A DNA stretch of 34,168 bases from an uncultured Chloroflexia bacterium (GTDB lineage Bacteria > Chloroflexota > Limnocylindria > Limnocylindrales > CSP1-4), in the NCBI GenBank assembly GCA_963720755.1, contig CAVRGP010000012.1:1-34168 (forward strand). The letters are read 5' to 3'. The translations under genes were made by a program, and so were the position numbers. The notes beneath the pieces are model-generated. The model made no database searches. It saw only the letters and a program-made list of their open reading frames with translations, and had not been told where the DNA came from. Positions 18,470 through 26,949 of this stretch are shown here, piece after piece. How positions within the stretch are numbered: the first letter of the stretch is position 1; each line of letters begins with the position of its first letter.

Positions 18470-19849
18470 TCAGTCGACCAGGGCGAACCGGGCGGTGAAG
18501 TGGCGGAGGGCCGGCGGCTCCTCGACGATCCGGTAGCCGCGCAGGTCGCGACCGCGTTCGGCGACCCAGCGGACGACTTCGATCACGTAGTCGATGTGGC
18601 TCTGGGTATACGTCCGTCGTGGGATGGCCAGGCGGACGAGGTCCATCGGAGCTGCCGTCTCCGTGCCGTCCGGATGCCGGCCGAACATGACGGTGCCGAT
18701 CTCGCAGCCGCGGATCCCGCCCTCACGGAACAGCGCGATCGCCAGCGCCTGGCCCGGGTACTCGAGCGGCGGGATGTGGGGGAGCAGCGCCCGGGCATCG
18801 ATGTAGACAGCGTGCCCGCCGACCGGCCGGACGATCGGGATGTCGGCCGCCACGAGGGCATCGCCGAGATAGCCGGTCGAGCGGATCCGGTAGCGCAGGT
18901 AATCCTCGTCGACGACTTCGCGGAGGCCCTGGGCGATGGCCTCGAGGTCGCGCCCGGCAAGCCCGCCGTAGGTCGGGAACCCCTCGGTCAGGATCAGCAG
19001 ATTGCGGCAGCGCTCCGCCAGCGCATCGTCGTTCACGGCCAGCCATCCGCCGATATTGGCCAGCCCATCTTTCTTCGCGCTCATGGTCATCCCGTCGGCG
19101 AGGGAGGCCATCTCCCGGACGATGTCGGGGATCGCGCGGGTGGACTGCCCCTCCTCCCGTTCGTGGATGAACCAGGCGTTCTCGGCAAAGCGGCACGCAT
19201 CGAGGAACAGGGGCACGCCGAACCGGTCGCACACGTCCCGGACCGCGCGCAGGTTGGTCAGCGAGACCGGTTGGCCGCCACCGCTGTTGTTGGTGATGGT
19301 GACGAACACGGCAGGCACGTTCTGCGCCCCCTGTTCGGTCAGGAATGCCTCCAGGGCCGGCACGTCCATGTTGCCCTTGAATGGATGGATCGCCGATGGG
19401 ATCCGGCCCTCGGCGATGACCAGGTCGACCGCTTCTGCCCCCGTGGCCTCGACATTGGCCCTGGTCGTGTCGAAATGGGTGTTGTTCGGGATCGCCTTGC
19501 CGGGGCCCCCGATCGCCGAGAACAGGATCTTCTCGGCCGCCCGACCCTGGTGCGTCGGGATGACGTGCTTGAACGGGAACAGCGCCTGGACCGACTCGAG
19601 GAACGCATACCAGGACGGCGATCCCGCATACGACTCGTCGCCGCGCTGGATACCGGCCCACTGGTCGCGCGACATCGCCCCGGTCCCCGAATCGGTCAGG
19701 AGGTCGACGATGACGTCGTCGGCATGGACGTTGAACAGGTTCCAGCCGGCCTCGACCAGGGCGGCCTCTCGCTGCTCGGGGGTCTTCAGCCGGATGGGTT
19801 CGACCGAATGGATCCGGAACGGCTCGATGATCGTCTTCCAGCGTTCCAC
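18470..19849 (-). CDS. tnaA: Tryptophanase (tryptophan indole-lyase)
   Basis: EPFRI, DLLTDSGT, HQGRAAE and PLP lysine MSAKKD. LRHFTARF and CEIG are TnaA-type rather than TPL-type (LRFF/MERG). Start GTG 19849. Confidence 0.88.
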   Translation of the reverse strand: MERWKTIIEPFRIHSVEPIRLKTPEQREAALVEAGWNLFNVHADDVIVDLLTDSGTGAMSRDQWAGIQRGDESYAGSPSWYAFLESVQALFPFKHVIPTHQGRAAEKILFSAIGGPGKAIPNNTHFDTTRANVEATGAEAVDLVIAEGRIPSAIHPFKGNMDVPALEAFLTEQGAQNVPAVFVTITNNSGGGQPVSLTNLRAVRDVCDRFGVPLFLDACRFAENAWFIHEREEGQSTRAIPDIVREMASLADGMTMSAKKDGLANIGGWLAVNDDALAERCRNLLILTEGFPTYGGLAGRDLEAIAQGLREVVDEDYLRYRIRSTGYLGDALVAADIPIVRPVGGHAVYIDARALLPHIPPLEYPGQALAIALFREGGIRGCEIGTVMFGRHPDGTETAAPMDLVRLAIPRRTYTQSHIDYVIEVVRWVAERGRDLRGYRIVEEPPALRHFTARFALVD

Positions 19850-19887
19850 CCGATGAGCATAGGCCTCAGCGGGGGAGCGAGTCGGCG

Positions 19888-20355
19888 TCAGCGCTCGCCC
19901 GGGACGTGCGCCTCCCCATCGATCCGGCCGAGCTTCACGGCGTCGAAGTCCCAGCCGTTGAGCTCGCACATCGCCTGGACGTGGCGGTCCCACGTCGGCT
20001 CGGCCGGATCCGGGCCGGCCACGAAGCAGTCGATGCTCAGGTAGACGAACCGCTCGGGACCCGGGCAGCGGACCGAGTGCGGGGTGCCGGGCGGCGTTCG
20101 GACGAAGTCGCCGGGCTTCAGCGGATAGCGTTCCGTCGCGTCCGGCCCGATCCCCAGCTCGCCCGCACCTTCCAGCACGAAGAACAGCTGCTCGGCATCG
20201 GGGTGGACGTGGATCGGCGGCGCTTCGCCGGGTTCGAGGATCACGAAGAAGGCTTCCGCCGCGGACGCATCGGCGCGGTCCATGATCAGGTCGTTCGTGT
20301 GGGTCGGGAACCGGTATCGAACCACGTCCTTCGAGTCGAAGACGTATCGGGTCAT
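19888..20355 (-). CDS. Cupin domain protein
   Basis: PIHVHPDAEQLFFVLEG and PGDFVRTPPGTPH metal motifs; GGAGGAGG RBS. Confidence 0.88.
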   Translation of the reverse strand: MTRYVFDSKDVVRYRFPTHTNDLIMDRADASAAEAFFVILEPGEAPPIHVHPDAEQLFFVLEGAGELGIGPDATERYPLKPGDFVRTPPGTPHSVRCPGPERFVYLSIDCFVAGPDPAEPTWDRHVQAMCELNGWDFDAVKLGRIDGEAHVPGER

Positions 20356-20378
20356 GGCAGCCTCCTCCGGCATCTCGA

Positions 20379-21293
20379 CTAGAACGCCGCCCGCAGCTCG
20401 CGCAGCGCTCCCAGTCCGACATCGGCCGGCGAGTCGCCTCGAACCTGCAGGCAGACGTGATCGGCGCCCGCATCGAGGTGGGCTCGCACGCGCTTCACGA
20501 TCGCGTCCACATCGCCCCAGGCGACGACGGCGTCGATGAGCCGGTCACTCCCATCCCCGGCGAGATCGGCCTCGCCCCAGCCGAGCCGACGAAGGTTGTT
20601 CGCATAGTTGGGCAGGGCCAGGTAGGTCTTCGCGAAGGCCCGCCCGATCCGTCGACCCTCGGCCGGGTCCGTGGTCAGCACGGCGGTCTGCTCGACCACG
20701 AGGAACGGCTCGGGGCCGAGGTGCTGGCGAGCGAACGGCGTGTGGTCGACGGGGACGAAGTAGGGGTGAGCGCCATCGGCCACCTCGGCGGCCAGTTCGA
20801 GCATGCGCGGTCCGAGGGCCGCGAGCACGAGCGGCACCGGGGGGTCGGGGACCGGACCGGGAAAGTCGACGGCGGCCATCGCATCCAGATACGCCCGCAT
20901 CGTCTCGATCGGCCGGCCATACGTCCCGCCACGAGTCGCGACGGAGGGGGCATGGCTCACCCCCATCCCGAGGATGAACCGACCCGGATACGCCTCGCCC
21001 AGCGTTCTCGCGCCGTTGGCCATCGCCAGCGGATCGCGAGCGTGGATGTTGGCGATCCCCGACCCGATCGTCAGCCGGTCCGTTGCCGCGAGCAGGATGC
21101 CCGCCAGGCTGAAGACCTCCTTGCCGGCGAGCGTCTCCGGGATCCAGGCGACCGGGTAGCCGATCGCCTCGACGTCGCGGACGGCGGCCCCGGCCTCGAC
21201 CGCCGGGACGCGCTGGAGCGCGGAGCTCCAGATCCCGAGCGGTCCACTCGCCTGCGCGAGGCGGCGTCCTCCGTAGCCTCCGATGCCGTCCAT
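20379..21293 (-). CDS. LLM-class (probably F420-dependent) oxidoreductase, MSMEG_4141-like
   Basis: GIANIHAR, LGMGVSH, LAALGPRMLELA..ADGAHPY and HLDAGADHVCLQ. Confidence 0.85.
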   Translation of the reverse strand: MDGIGGYGGRRLAQASGPLGIWSSALQRVPAVEAGAAVRDVEAIGYPVAWIPETLAGKEVFSLAGILLAATDRLTIGSGIANIHARDPLAMANGARTLGEAYPGRFILGMGVSHAPSVATRGGTYGRPIETMRAYLDAMAAVDFPGPVPDPPVPLVLAALGPRMLELAAEVADGAHPYFVPVDHTPFARQHLGPEPFLVVEQTAVLTTDPAEGRRIGRAFAKTYLALPNYANNLRRLGWGEADLAGDGSDRLIDAVVAWGDVDAIVKRVRAHLDAGADHVCLQVRGDSPADVGLGALRELRAAF

Positions 21294-21326
21294 CGGCCGG
21301 TCGCCCCGTCCGCCGTCGCCGCGCGG

Positions 21327-22178
21327 CTACTTCTTGTTGTTGCCGAGCTGCTCCGCGACATCGGAAAGGGCGCCGGCGGAGCCGATCTCCTCCATCCCCT
21401 GTGCGGCCTCGGCCATCCCGGCTGCCCCGAGTTCGACCGCATCCTCGCGCACGTCCTCGCCCACTTCCATCTCCTCGGCTCCCTCGTAGCTGAGCGCCGC
21501 CCCGGCTTCCTCGAGATCCTCGCTCTCCTCGGCGAGCTCCTCGGCGGCCATGAGTCGGGCGATCCCCTCCGCTTCCTCGTTCTCGCCGAGCAACTCGACG
21601 CGCTCGCCCGCATCCGCCAGCGCGCGCGAGATCGAGCGGGTCCCGCCGGCACGCACGATGGCGTCGACGGAGACCTCGAGGAGTTCGTCGGCTCGATCCG
21701 CCAGGAACGCGGCCAAAACCGGCATGCCGATCCGCTCGACGACGATCGCCACGGCCCCCATCTCGCCGCTGATCCGGGCCACCTGCATGCCACGATCCAG
21801 GTCGTCCTCGCTGATCGCGCCCACGACGGCGCCGAGGATCGCGATGTCGTCGGATGCCGCAACGAGTTCGACGCCCTGTTCGACGTCGTTGATCCCGGCG
21901 ACCGCGACCGCATCCGCGAGTGCCGCCACCCGGCCTGCGACCTGGACTTCGTCGGACCCTCGGGTGAGGTCGCTGGCGCCCTTGGTCACGGCTGCTCGAC
22001 CGGCCGCCGCCGCATCGGCCGCCGCCGCGACGGCATCCAGACCGGCCTCCACGCGCTCGGCGCCATCGGCGGCCTCGGCTTCGGCTGTCACGGAGGCGAG
22101 CTCGGCGGCCTGCTTGGCCTTGCTCTTGCCCCGCGCCTTCGTGTCGCGCTTCCCGTTCGTTGCTGACTTCGCGGCCAT
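21327..22178 (-). CDS. Hypothetical acidic Ala/Gly-rich helical protein with small-residue heptad repeats
   Basis: AGGAGG RBS, basic N-terminal tail, and G/A/S at every 7th residue over almost the whole length. Confidence 0.75.
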   Translation of the reverse strand: MAAKSATNGKRDTKARGKSKAKQAAELASVTAEAEAADGAERVEAGLDAVAAAADAAAAGRAAVTKGASDLTRGSDEVQVAGRVAALADAVAVAGINDVEQGVELVAASDDIAILGAVVGAISEDDLDRGMQVARISGEMGAVAIVVERIGMPVLAAFLADRADELLEVSVDAIVRAGGTRSISRALADAGERVELLGENEEAEGIARLMAAEELAEESEDLEEAGAALSYEGAEEMEVGEDVREDAVELGAAGMAEAAQGMEEIGSAGALSDVAEQLGNNKK

Positions 22179-22264
22179 GTTCGACCTCCTGGGCGTAACG
22201 CTGATCCCGGATGTCTTGGCCTCGGTTCACCCATCCGATGGATCGCTGGTATGGTCTCGACTCC

Positions 22265-23229
22265 ATGGTACGTGCAACCCGCGACAGAAGTTCCCGTCGC
22301 CCGTCCGCGCGCCGGTCACGGTCGATTCGTGCCGCCGTCGGGATGTTCGCCGTGACCCTTGTGCTCGCCGCCTGCGACGTCTCCGTCCCGTCCCTGCCAC
22401 CCGGCGTGTCCATCCCGCCGATCCCGACCCTGCCTCCGATCACCTTGCCGTCGAGGGCGCCGACCGAGCCTCCGACCGCGCCACCGACCCCGAAGCCGAC
22501 CCGGACCCCTCGGCCGACCGCCGAGCCGACCCCAACCGCCGAGCCGACGGCCAAGCCGACCGCCGAGCCGACGGCGAAGCCGACCGCCAAGCCCACGGCC
22601 GAGCCGACACCGACCCCGGAGCCGACGGCCACACCGACCCCCAAGCCGACACCGACCGCCAAGCCGACCGCGACCCCGACGGCCGAGCCGACCCGACCCC
22701 CACACCGACCCCGACGGCGGAGCCGACACCGACCCCGACCCCGACCCCGACAGCGGAGCCCACCGCGACGGCCGAGCCGACCGCGACACCCGCCGCGTCC
22801 GCATCCGAGAACCCATCGACGCCACCGGCCGAGTCCACCGGCGGCGTGTCGCCCTGGCTCCTGGCGCTGGCCGTCCTCGTGGCGATCGGCCTGGGCGTGA
22901 CCCTGTACATGCTCAGCCAGCAGCGGAAGGATCCGCCGGAGCCGCCGGCCGGGACCCCGCCTGAGCCGCCTGCGGGCACGCCGCCAACCGACACGCCGCC
23001 GGCGGGCACGCCCCCGGGGCCACCTGCCGGGCCACCGCCGACCGATCCATCCCTCGACGCCACCGTCGCGATGGCAGCTCCTGGAGCAGCCATCGCCGGA
23101 ACGGAGCCGCCCGCCGGGGCAGAACCGCCGGCCGCAGGCAACGGGGCCACGGAGCCGCCTGCCGGGACGGAGCCGCCGGCCGCGGCACCACCCGCCGCCG
23201 ACACGCCCCCGGCCGAACCAAGGGTCTAG
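22265..23229 (+). CDS. Pro/Thr-rich lipoprotein with C-terminal TM and Pro-rich tail (apparent 1-nt frameshift near 22693)
   Basis: Lipobox [17 protein letters not shown] repeats continue in another frame after 22693, followed by [22 protein letters not shown] and EPPAG repeats. Confidence 0.7.
22460..22790 (+). repeat. Degenerate coding tandem repeats (CCGACnGCCGAG/AAG; [10 protein letters not shown])
   Basis: Visible low-complexity 6/12-nt periodicity. Confidence 0.85.
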
Positions 23230-23254
23230 CCTCGGCCGACCCCGGATCGCTGCG

Positions 23255-24535
23255 TCAGCCGATCGACCAGCTCGAGCCGTCGGCCTCATCGCGGATCTCG
23301 ACCCCGGCCTCGACGAGCTGATCGCGGATGAGGTCGGCCGTCGTCCAGTCGCGTGCTTCGCGCGCTCGACCGCGAAGGCTCAGCAGCGCCTCGACGAATG
23401 GCGCCACCACGGTTCGCTCGTCGGTCCCGGCGGGGGTGGCCTCGCCCAGCCGGACGATCAACGCCCGGAACGTCGACGTGGCGTTATCCAGGTCCGGGCT
23501 GTCTTCGCCGGCGCGCATTCGGGCCTCGATGGCAGAGTCGAGATCGAGGAGTGCCGCAACCGCCGCGCGTCCGTCGCTCCGCCCGAGCGCATCGATGAAG
23601 CTGCCCTCGAGTTCGGTCATCTCGTCGCGGATGGGTTCGGCTGCCCGTGGCGACTGGCCGCCCGCCACGTCGCCGCCTGGCGATGCCACCGATATCGCAT
23701 CGCCCGGGCGGTCGTCGGCGTCGGCTGAGGCGAGCGTTCGGGCGGCGTCGGACAAGGCCTCGATGGCCACCTCGCTGCCGCTCGGGAAGACGGAGCTGCG
23801 CCCGGCGACGCGGATCGTGACGCCACCGAGTCCGGACACCGTGGCCGTCCGCGCCTCGAGGTCGAGGACCAGCGCGGTGTGGCTGTCCACGCCGAGGATG
23901 AACGTGCCGGCCGGCATCTGCGTTTCGAGGACCCGCAGCCGCCGCTCGCCCATGTAGCAGAACCGCGTGTCGTGATTGCCGCCCTCGGCGTTGTCGTAGT
24001 GCGGCACCACCGCCGCGGTGAGCCCGGTCGCCGGGCCGATGAGGTCGAGCCCGGCCATCCAGGTCGGATCGTCGCCGACCTTGTAGATCTCGTAGACCGG
24101 GATCGTGACGACACCCAGGGTCAGTGCCGCGGCACTCGCCATCGTGAGGATGCCGCCATCGCGAAGCCCGTCTGCCAGGGCGGTCGGGATCGGCCCGTCG
24201 ATCCATTGGCGAAGCGCATAGCTGGGGCTGCCCGGGCCGGCCATCAGGTAGCGGGCCTCGCGGACTCGTGCCACGGCCGTGGCCGCGGTCACCGCGTCGA
24301 CGTCCCGGGATCGGTAGGAGGCGATGCCGACTTCCCGGCCGAGACTCTCCTGGAAGAACCGGACCGTCTTGGCGCTGAGGTCGTCGGCGTTCTCCTGGAA
24401 CCCATACGGCGTGTCGAGGATCGCGGCCGGGACCGTCCCCGAGCCGAATCGGTCGAACAGGCTGCGGTGCACCTTGGCCATCGTGGGCGCCGTCTCACCG
24501 GAACCCATGATCGCGAGGATCCGGGGGCCGGCCAT
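23255..24535 (-). CDS. Peptidase S51/cyanophycinase-like (class I GATase-fold) protein with CysRS-type C-terminal domain
   Basis: IMGSGE, AGPGSP, elbow MASAAA, VVPHYDN and LGVDSHTA. C-terminus is R..AREARDW..AD.IRD.L...GVEIRD...GSSW. Confidence 0.7.
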   Translation of the reverse strand: MAGPRILAIMGSGETAPTMAKVHRSLFDRFGSGTVPAAILDTPYGFQENADDLSAKTVRFFQESLGREVGIASYRSRDVDAVTAATAVARVREARYLMAGPGSPSYALRQWIDGPIPTALADGLRDGGILTMASAAALTLGVVTIPVYEIYKVGDDPTWMAGLDLIGPATGLTAAVVPHYDNAEGGNHDTRFCYMGERRLRVLETQMPAGTFILGVDSHTALVLDLEARTATVSGLGGVTIRVAGRSSVFPSGSEVAIEALSDAARTLASADADDRPGDAISVASPGGDVAGGQSPRAAEPIRDEMTELEGSFIDALGRSDGRAAVAALLDLDSAIEARMRAGEDSPDLDNATSTFRALIVRLGEATPAGTDERTVVAPFVEALLSLRGRAREARDWTTADLIRDQLVEAGVEIRDEADGSSWSIG

Positions 24536-25404
24536 CAGAAGAACCCGTCCTGGGTCATCGCGTGCATCACACCGGCCAGTTCGTCGGGGTGCTGGGCATG
24601 GATGTCGTGGTCACCGGTGAACCAGTGGACGCGAGCGTTCGGGATCGCGCCTGCGGCCGCCTCGACCTCCCGGCGTTTGTGCTCGTCCCGGTCCGTGTGA
24701 CCACTGTCTGCGGGCGCGAGCAGGACCGGGACGGCCACGTCTGCGTAGCGCTCCATCGGGTGGTTGTCCCAGAGGCCGCGCAGGATGGCGATATGGCGGT
24801 CGAACGTCAGCCACGGGCTGATCGTGCCGTCCGGGTGGACCTCGAAGTTCGCCAGCGTTCCCTGGATCCCGCTCTCGGGCCAGTCCGGATGGGCGGAGCG
24901 GATGTAGCCCTCGATCTCCTCGAGACGCCGTCCGGCCAGCCGGGGTGGTGCGAGGGCGGCGCGACAGGCGTCCCAATCCGGGAACACGAGGCTCGGCTCC
25001 AACCAGCCGCCGTCGACGCAGACGATGCCCCGGACCAGGCCGGGATGCCGGGCCGCCAGTTCGAGGACGACGTTGCCGCCCCACGACTGGCCCGCCACGA
25101 CCGGCCGGTCCATGGCCAGGCGCTCGATGACCGCCGCCACGTCGCCGGCGACCGTCGGCACGTCATAGGGCCCATCGGGTTTCGCCGATCGACCGTGCCC
25201 GCGGAGATCCACGGCGGCCACGCGATGACCCTGCTCGATGAGTGCCGCCGCGACTCCGTCCCACAACCGGGCGTTGGACGCCAGGCCGTGGACGAGGAGG
25301 AACGGTGGCGCGTCGCCGGACGCCCGCGCGTCGTCGGACACCGGCTCCCAGGTGTCGACGGCGAGGTCGACGCCGTCCGCGACAGGAACCCGATCGGTCT
25401 GCAT
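24535..25404 (-). CDS. Alpha/beta hydrolase
   Basis: LVHGL, DLRGHG, nucleophile GQSWGG and GDHDIH. Confidence 0.92.
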   Translation of the reverse strand: MQTDRVPVADGVDLAVDTWEPVSDDARASGDAPPFLLVHGLASNARLWDGVAAALIEQGHRVAAVDLRGHGRSAKPDGPYDVPTVAGDVAAVIERLAMDRPVVAGQSWGGNVVLELAARHPGLVRGIVCVDGGWLEPSLVFPDWDACRAALAPPRLAGRRLEEIEGYIRSAHPDWPESGIQGTLANFEVHPDGTISPWLTFDRHIAILRGLWDNHPMERYADVAVPVLLAPADSGHTDRDEHKRREVEAAAGAIPNARVHWFTGDHDIHAQHPDELAGVMHAMTQDGFF

Positions 25405-25531
25405 CGCCTCGATGGTAGTCGTTGGGATAGGCCTCGGCTAAGGAATCGCAAGGCGGGGCCAGTTGTCATCTGGCTCTCAGAAATCGGCCCAAGTCTGGGG
25501 AGACGTCACGCCTGTCAAGAAGGAACTCGCC

Positions 25532-26893
25532 ATGTACGAACCGTTGATCCCGCCCGCCACGCCCGAAGCACCCTCGGCGGGTACCGCCGCGGAACCGACC
25601 GCGCCCATCTGGACGCCGAGCATGTTCGAGGCGCCCGTCGGCGGCCCCACCGTCCCGCCGATGGCTCCGACCCCGGTCAAGCCGGTCGACTCGCCCCCGC
25701 CGCGACGAGGTGTCGGCATCGGGTCCGTGATCGGTGCCGCCGTCCTGGCGGCCGCGCTCGCCTCAGGCGGCACCTACCTTGCCGTCGACGGTGGCCGCCA
25801 GACCAGCCCGCCGAGTGGCGCGACCGCGACCGTGGTCAATGCCCCGGGCACGACCAGCCCCACCGCTCCGGCGGCCACGACCGGCAACAGCACGGATCTG
25901 GTCAACATCGTCAAGGCCGTCAGTCCGGCGGTCGTCACGATCGTCGCCGACGGCATCACCTCGACCGACCCCACGACCGGGCAGACCGGCGTCGGGAGCG
26001 CCACGGGCTCCGGCGTCATCTTCGACTCGAACGGCCTCATCCTCACCAACCGCCACGTCGTCTCCGGCAACCCGCAGAGCCTCACCGTGAACCTGGCGGA
26101 CGGCCGCTCGTTCCCCGCGACCATCTACGGCATCGACACGCTGACCGACCTCGCCATCGTCAAGGTCGACGCGACCGGCCTGCCCACGGCCCCGATCGGT
26201 GACTCGTCGACCATCCAGGTCGGCCAGGAGGCCATCGCCATCGGCAGCCCGCTCGGCACCTTCACGGGTTCCGTGACCAGCGGCATCATCTCGGCCCTCG
26301 GCCGGAGCATCCCGGTCGACAACGAGGTCCTGACCAACCTCATCCAGACCGATACCGCCATCAACCCCGGCAACAGCGGTGGACCGCTGCTCGACCCGAG
26401 CGGCAACGTCATCGGCATCAATACCGCGGGGGCCAGCCAGAGCCAGGGCATCGGGTTCGCGATCCCGATCGACATCGCCCGTCCGCTGCTGGCGCAGGCA
26501 ACGGCCGGCCAGCCCCTGGCCCGACCGTGGCTCGGCATCATGTTCCAGACGATCGATCCCACGATCCAGCAGGCCAACAACCTGCCGGTCGCCAACGGGG
26601 CATGGATCCCGACCGCCGCGGCCATCGCCGCCGAGAACCAGGGCCAGGGCCAGGGTCAGTTCGGCGGGGCACCGCAGGCGTCCGTCGTCGCGGGCAGTCC
26701 AGCCGATCAGGCCGGTCTCCAGCCCGGTGACATCATCACCGCGGTCGACGGGACGACGCTCGACGCGACCCATCCACTCGACATCGTCACGAGCCAGTAC
26801 GGCCCGGGCCAGAGCGTCACGCTCTCGGTCCTCCGCGACGGCCAGACGATCCAGCTCACCGTCGTTCTCGGGACTCGCCCGGCGACCCTGTAG
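25532..26893 (+). CDS. htrA: HtrA/DegP-like membrane-anchored serine protease with one PDZ domain
   Basis: TM helix, LTNRHV, DLAIVK, AINPGNSGGPL and PDZ (PWLGI, GLQPGDII). ATG 25532 follows AAGGAA. Confidence 0.92.
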   Translation: MYEPLIPPATPEAPSAGTAAEPTAPIWTPSMFEAPVGGPTVPPMAPTPVKPVDSPPPRRGVGIGSVIGAAVLAAALASGGTYLAVDGGRQTSPPSGATATVVNAPGTTSPTAPAATTGNSTDLVNIVKAVSPAVVTIVADGITSTDPTTGQTGVGSATGSGVIFDSNGLILTNRHVVSGNPQSLTVNLADGRSFPATIYGIDTLTDLAIVKVDATGLPTAPIGDSSTIQVGQEAIAIGSPLGTFTGSVTSGIISALGRSIPVDNEVLTNLIQTDTAINPGNSGGPLLDPSGNVIGINTAGASQSQGIGFAIPIDIARPLLAQATAGQPLARPWLGIMFQTIDPTIQQANNLPVANGAWIPTAAAIAAENQGQGQGQFGGAPQASVVAGSPADQAGLQPGDIITAVDGTTLDATHPLDIVTSQYGPGQSVTLSVLRDGQTIQLTVVLGTRPATL

Positions 26894-26949
26894 CCACACC
26901 GTCCATCGCGTCCCAGCCAGACCGAGGTCGTCGCGCGTACCATCAGACG

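Noticed and set aside
18470-19849. Tyrosine phenol-lyase assignment
   Set aside because: Diagnostic segments (SAKKD, EIG, LRHFTA) match tryptophanase rather than TPL.
18470-20473. 667-aa extended tryptophanase and 490-aa extended ABC ATPase (6849-8321)
   Set aside because: The extensions overlap other genes. Homology and start signals begin at 19849 and 7541 respectively.
22460-22790. Possible CRISPR or non-coding repeat array
   Set aside because: Repeats are short, codon-phased and degenerate at third positions, with no unique spacers and no cas genes.
20545-23289. 914-aa Arg/Gly-rich minus-strand ORF
   Set aside because: Off-frame or antisense read of the low-complexity PT-repeat and heptad genes.
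23255-24535. Cysteinyl-tRNA synthetase annotation
   Set aside because: Only the C-terminal tail resembles CysRS; the Rossmann catalytic motifs are absent.
25441-25500. ECF-sigma promoter (GGAAT..GTTG) or MprA-like TCTCAG box upstream of htrA
   Set aside because: GGAAT-GTT spacing is only 15 nt and the second TCTCAG half-site is missing, so it is too weak to call.
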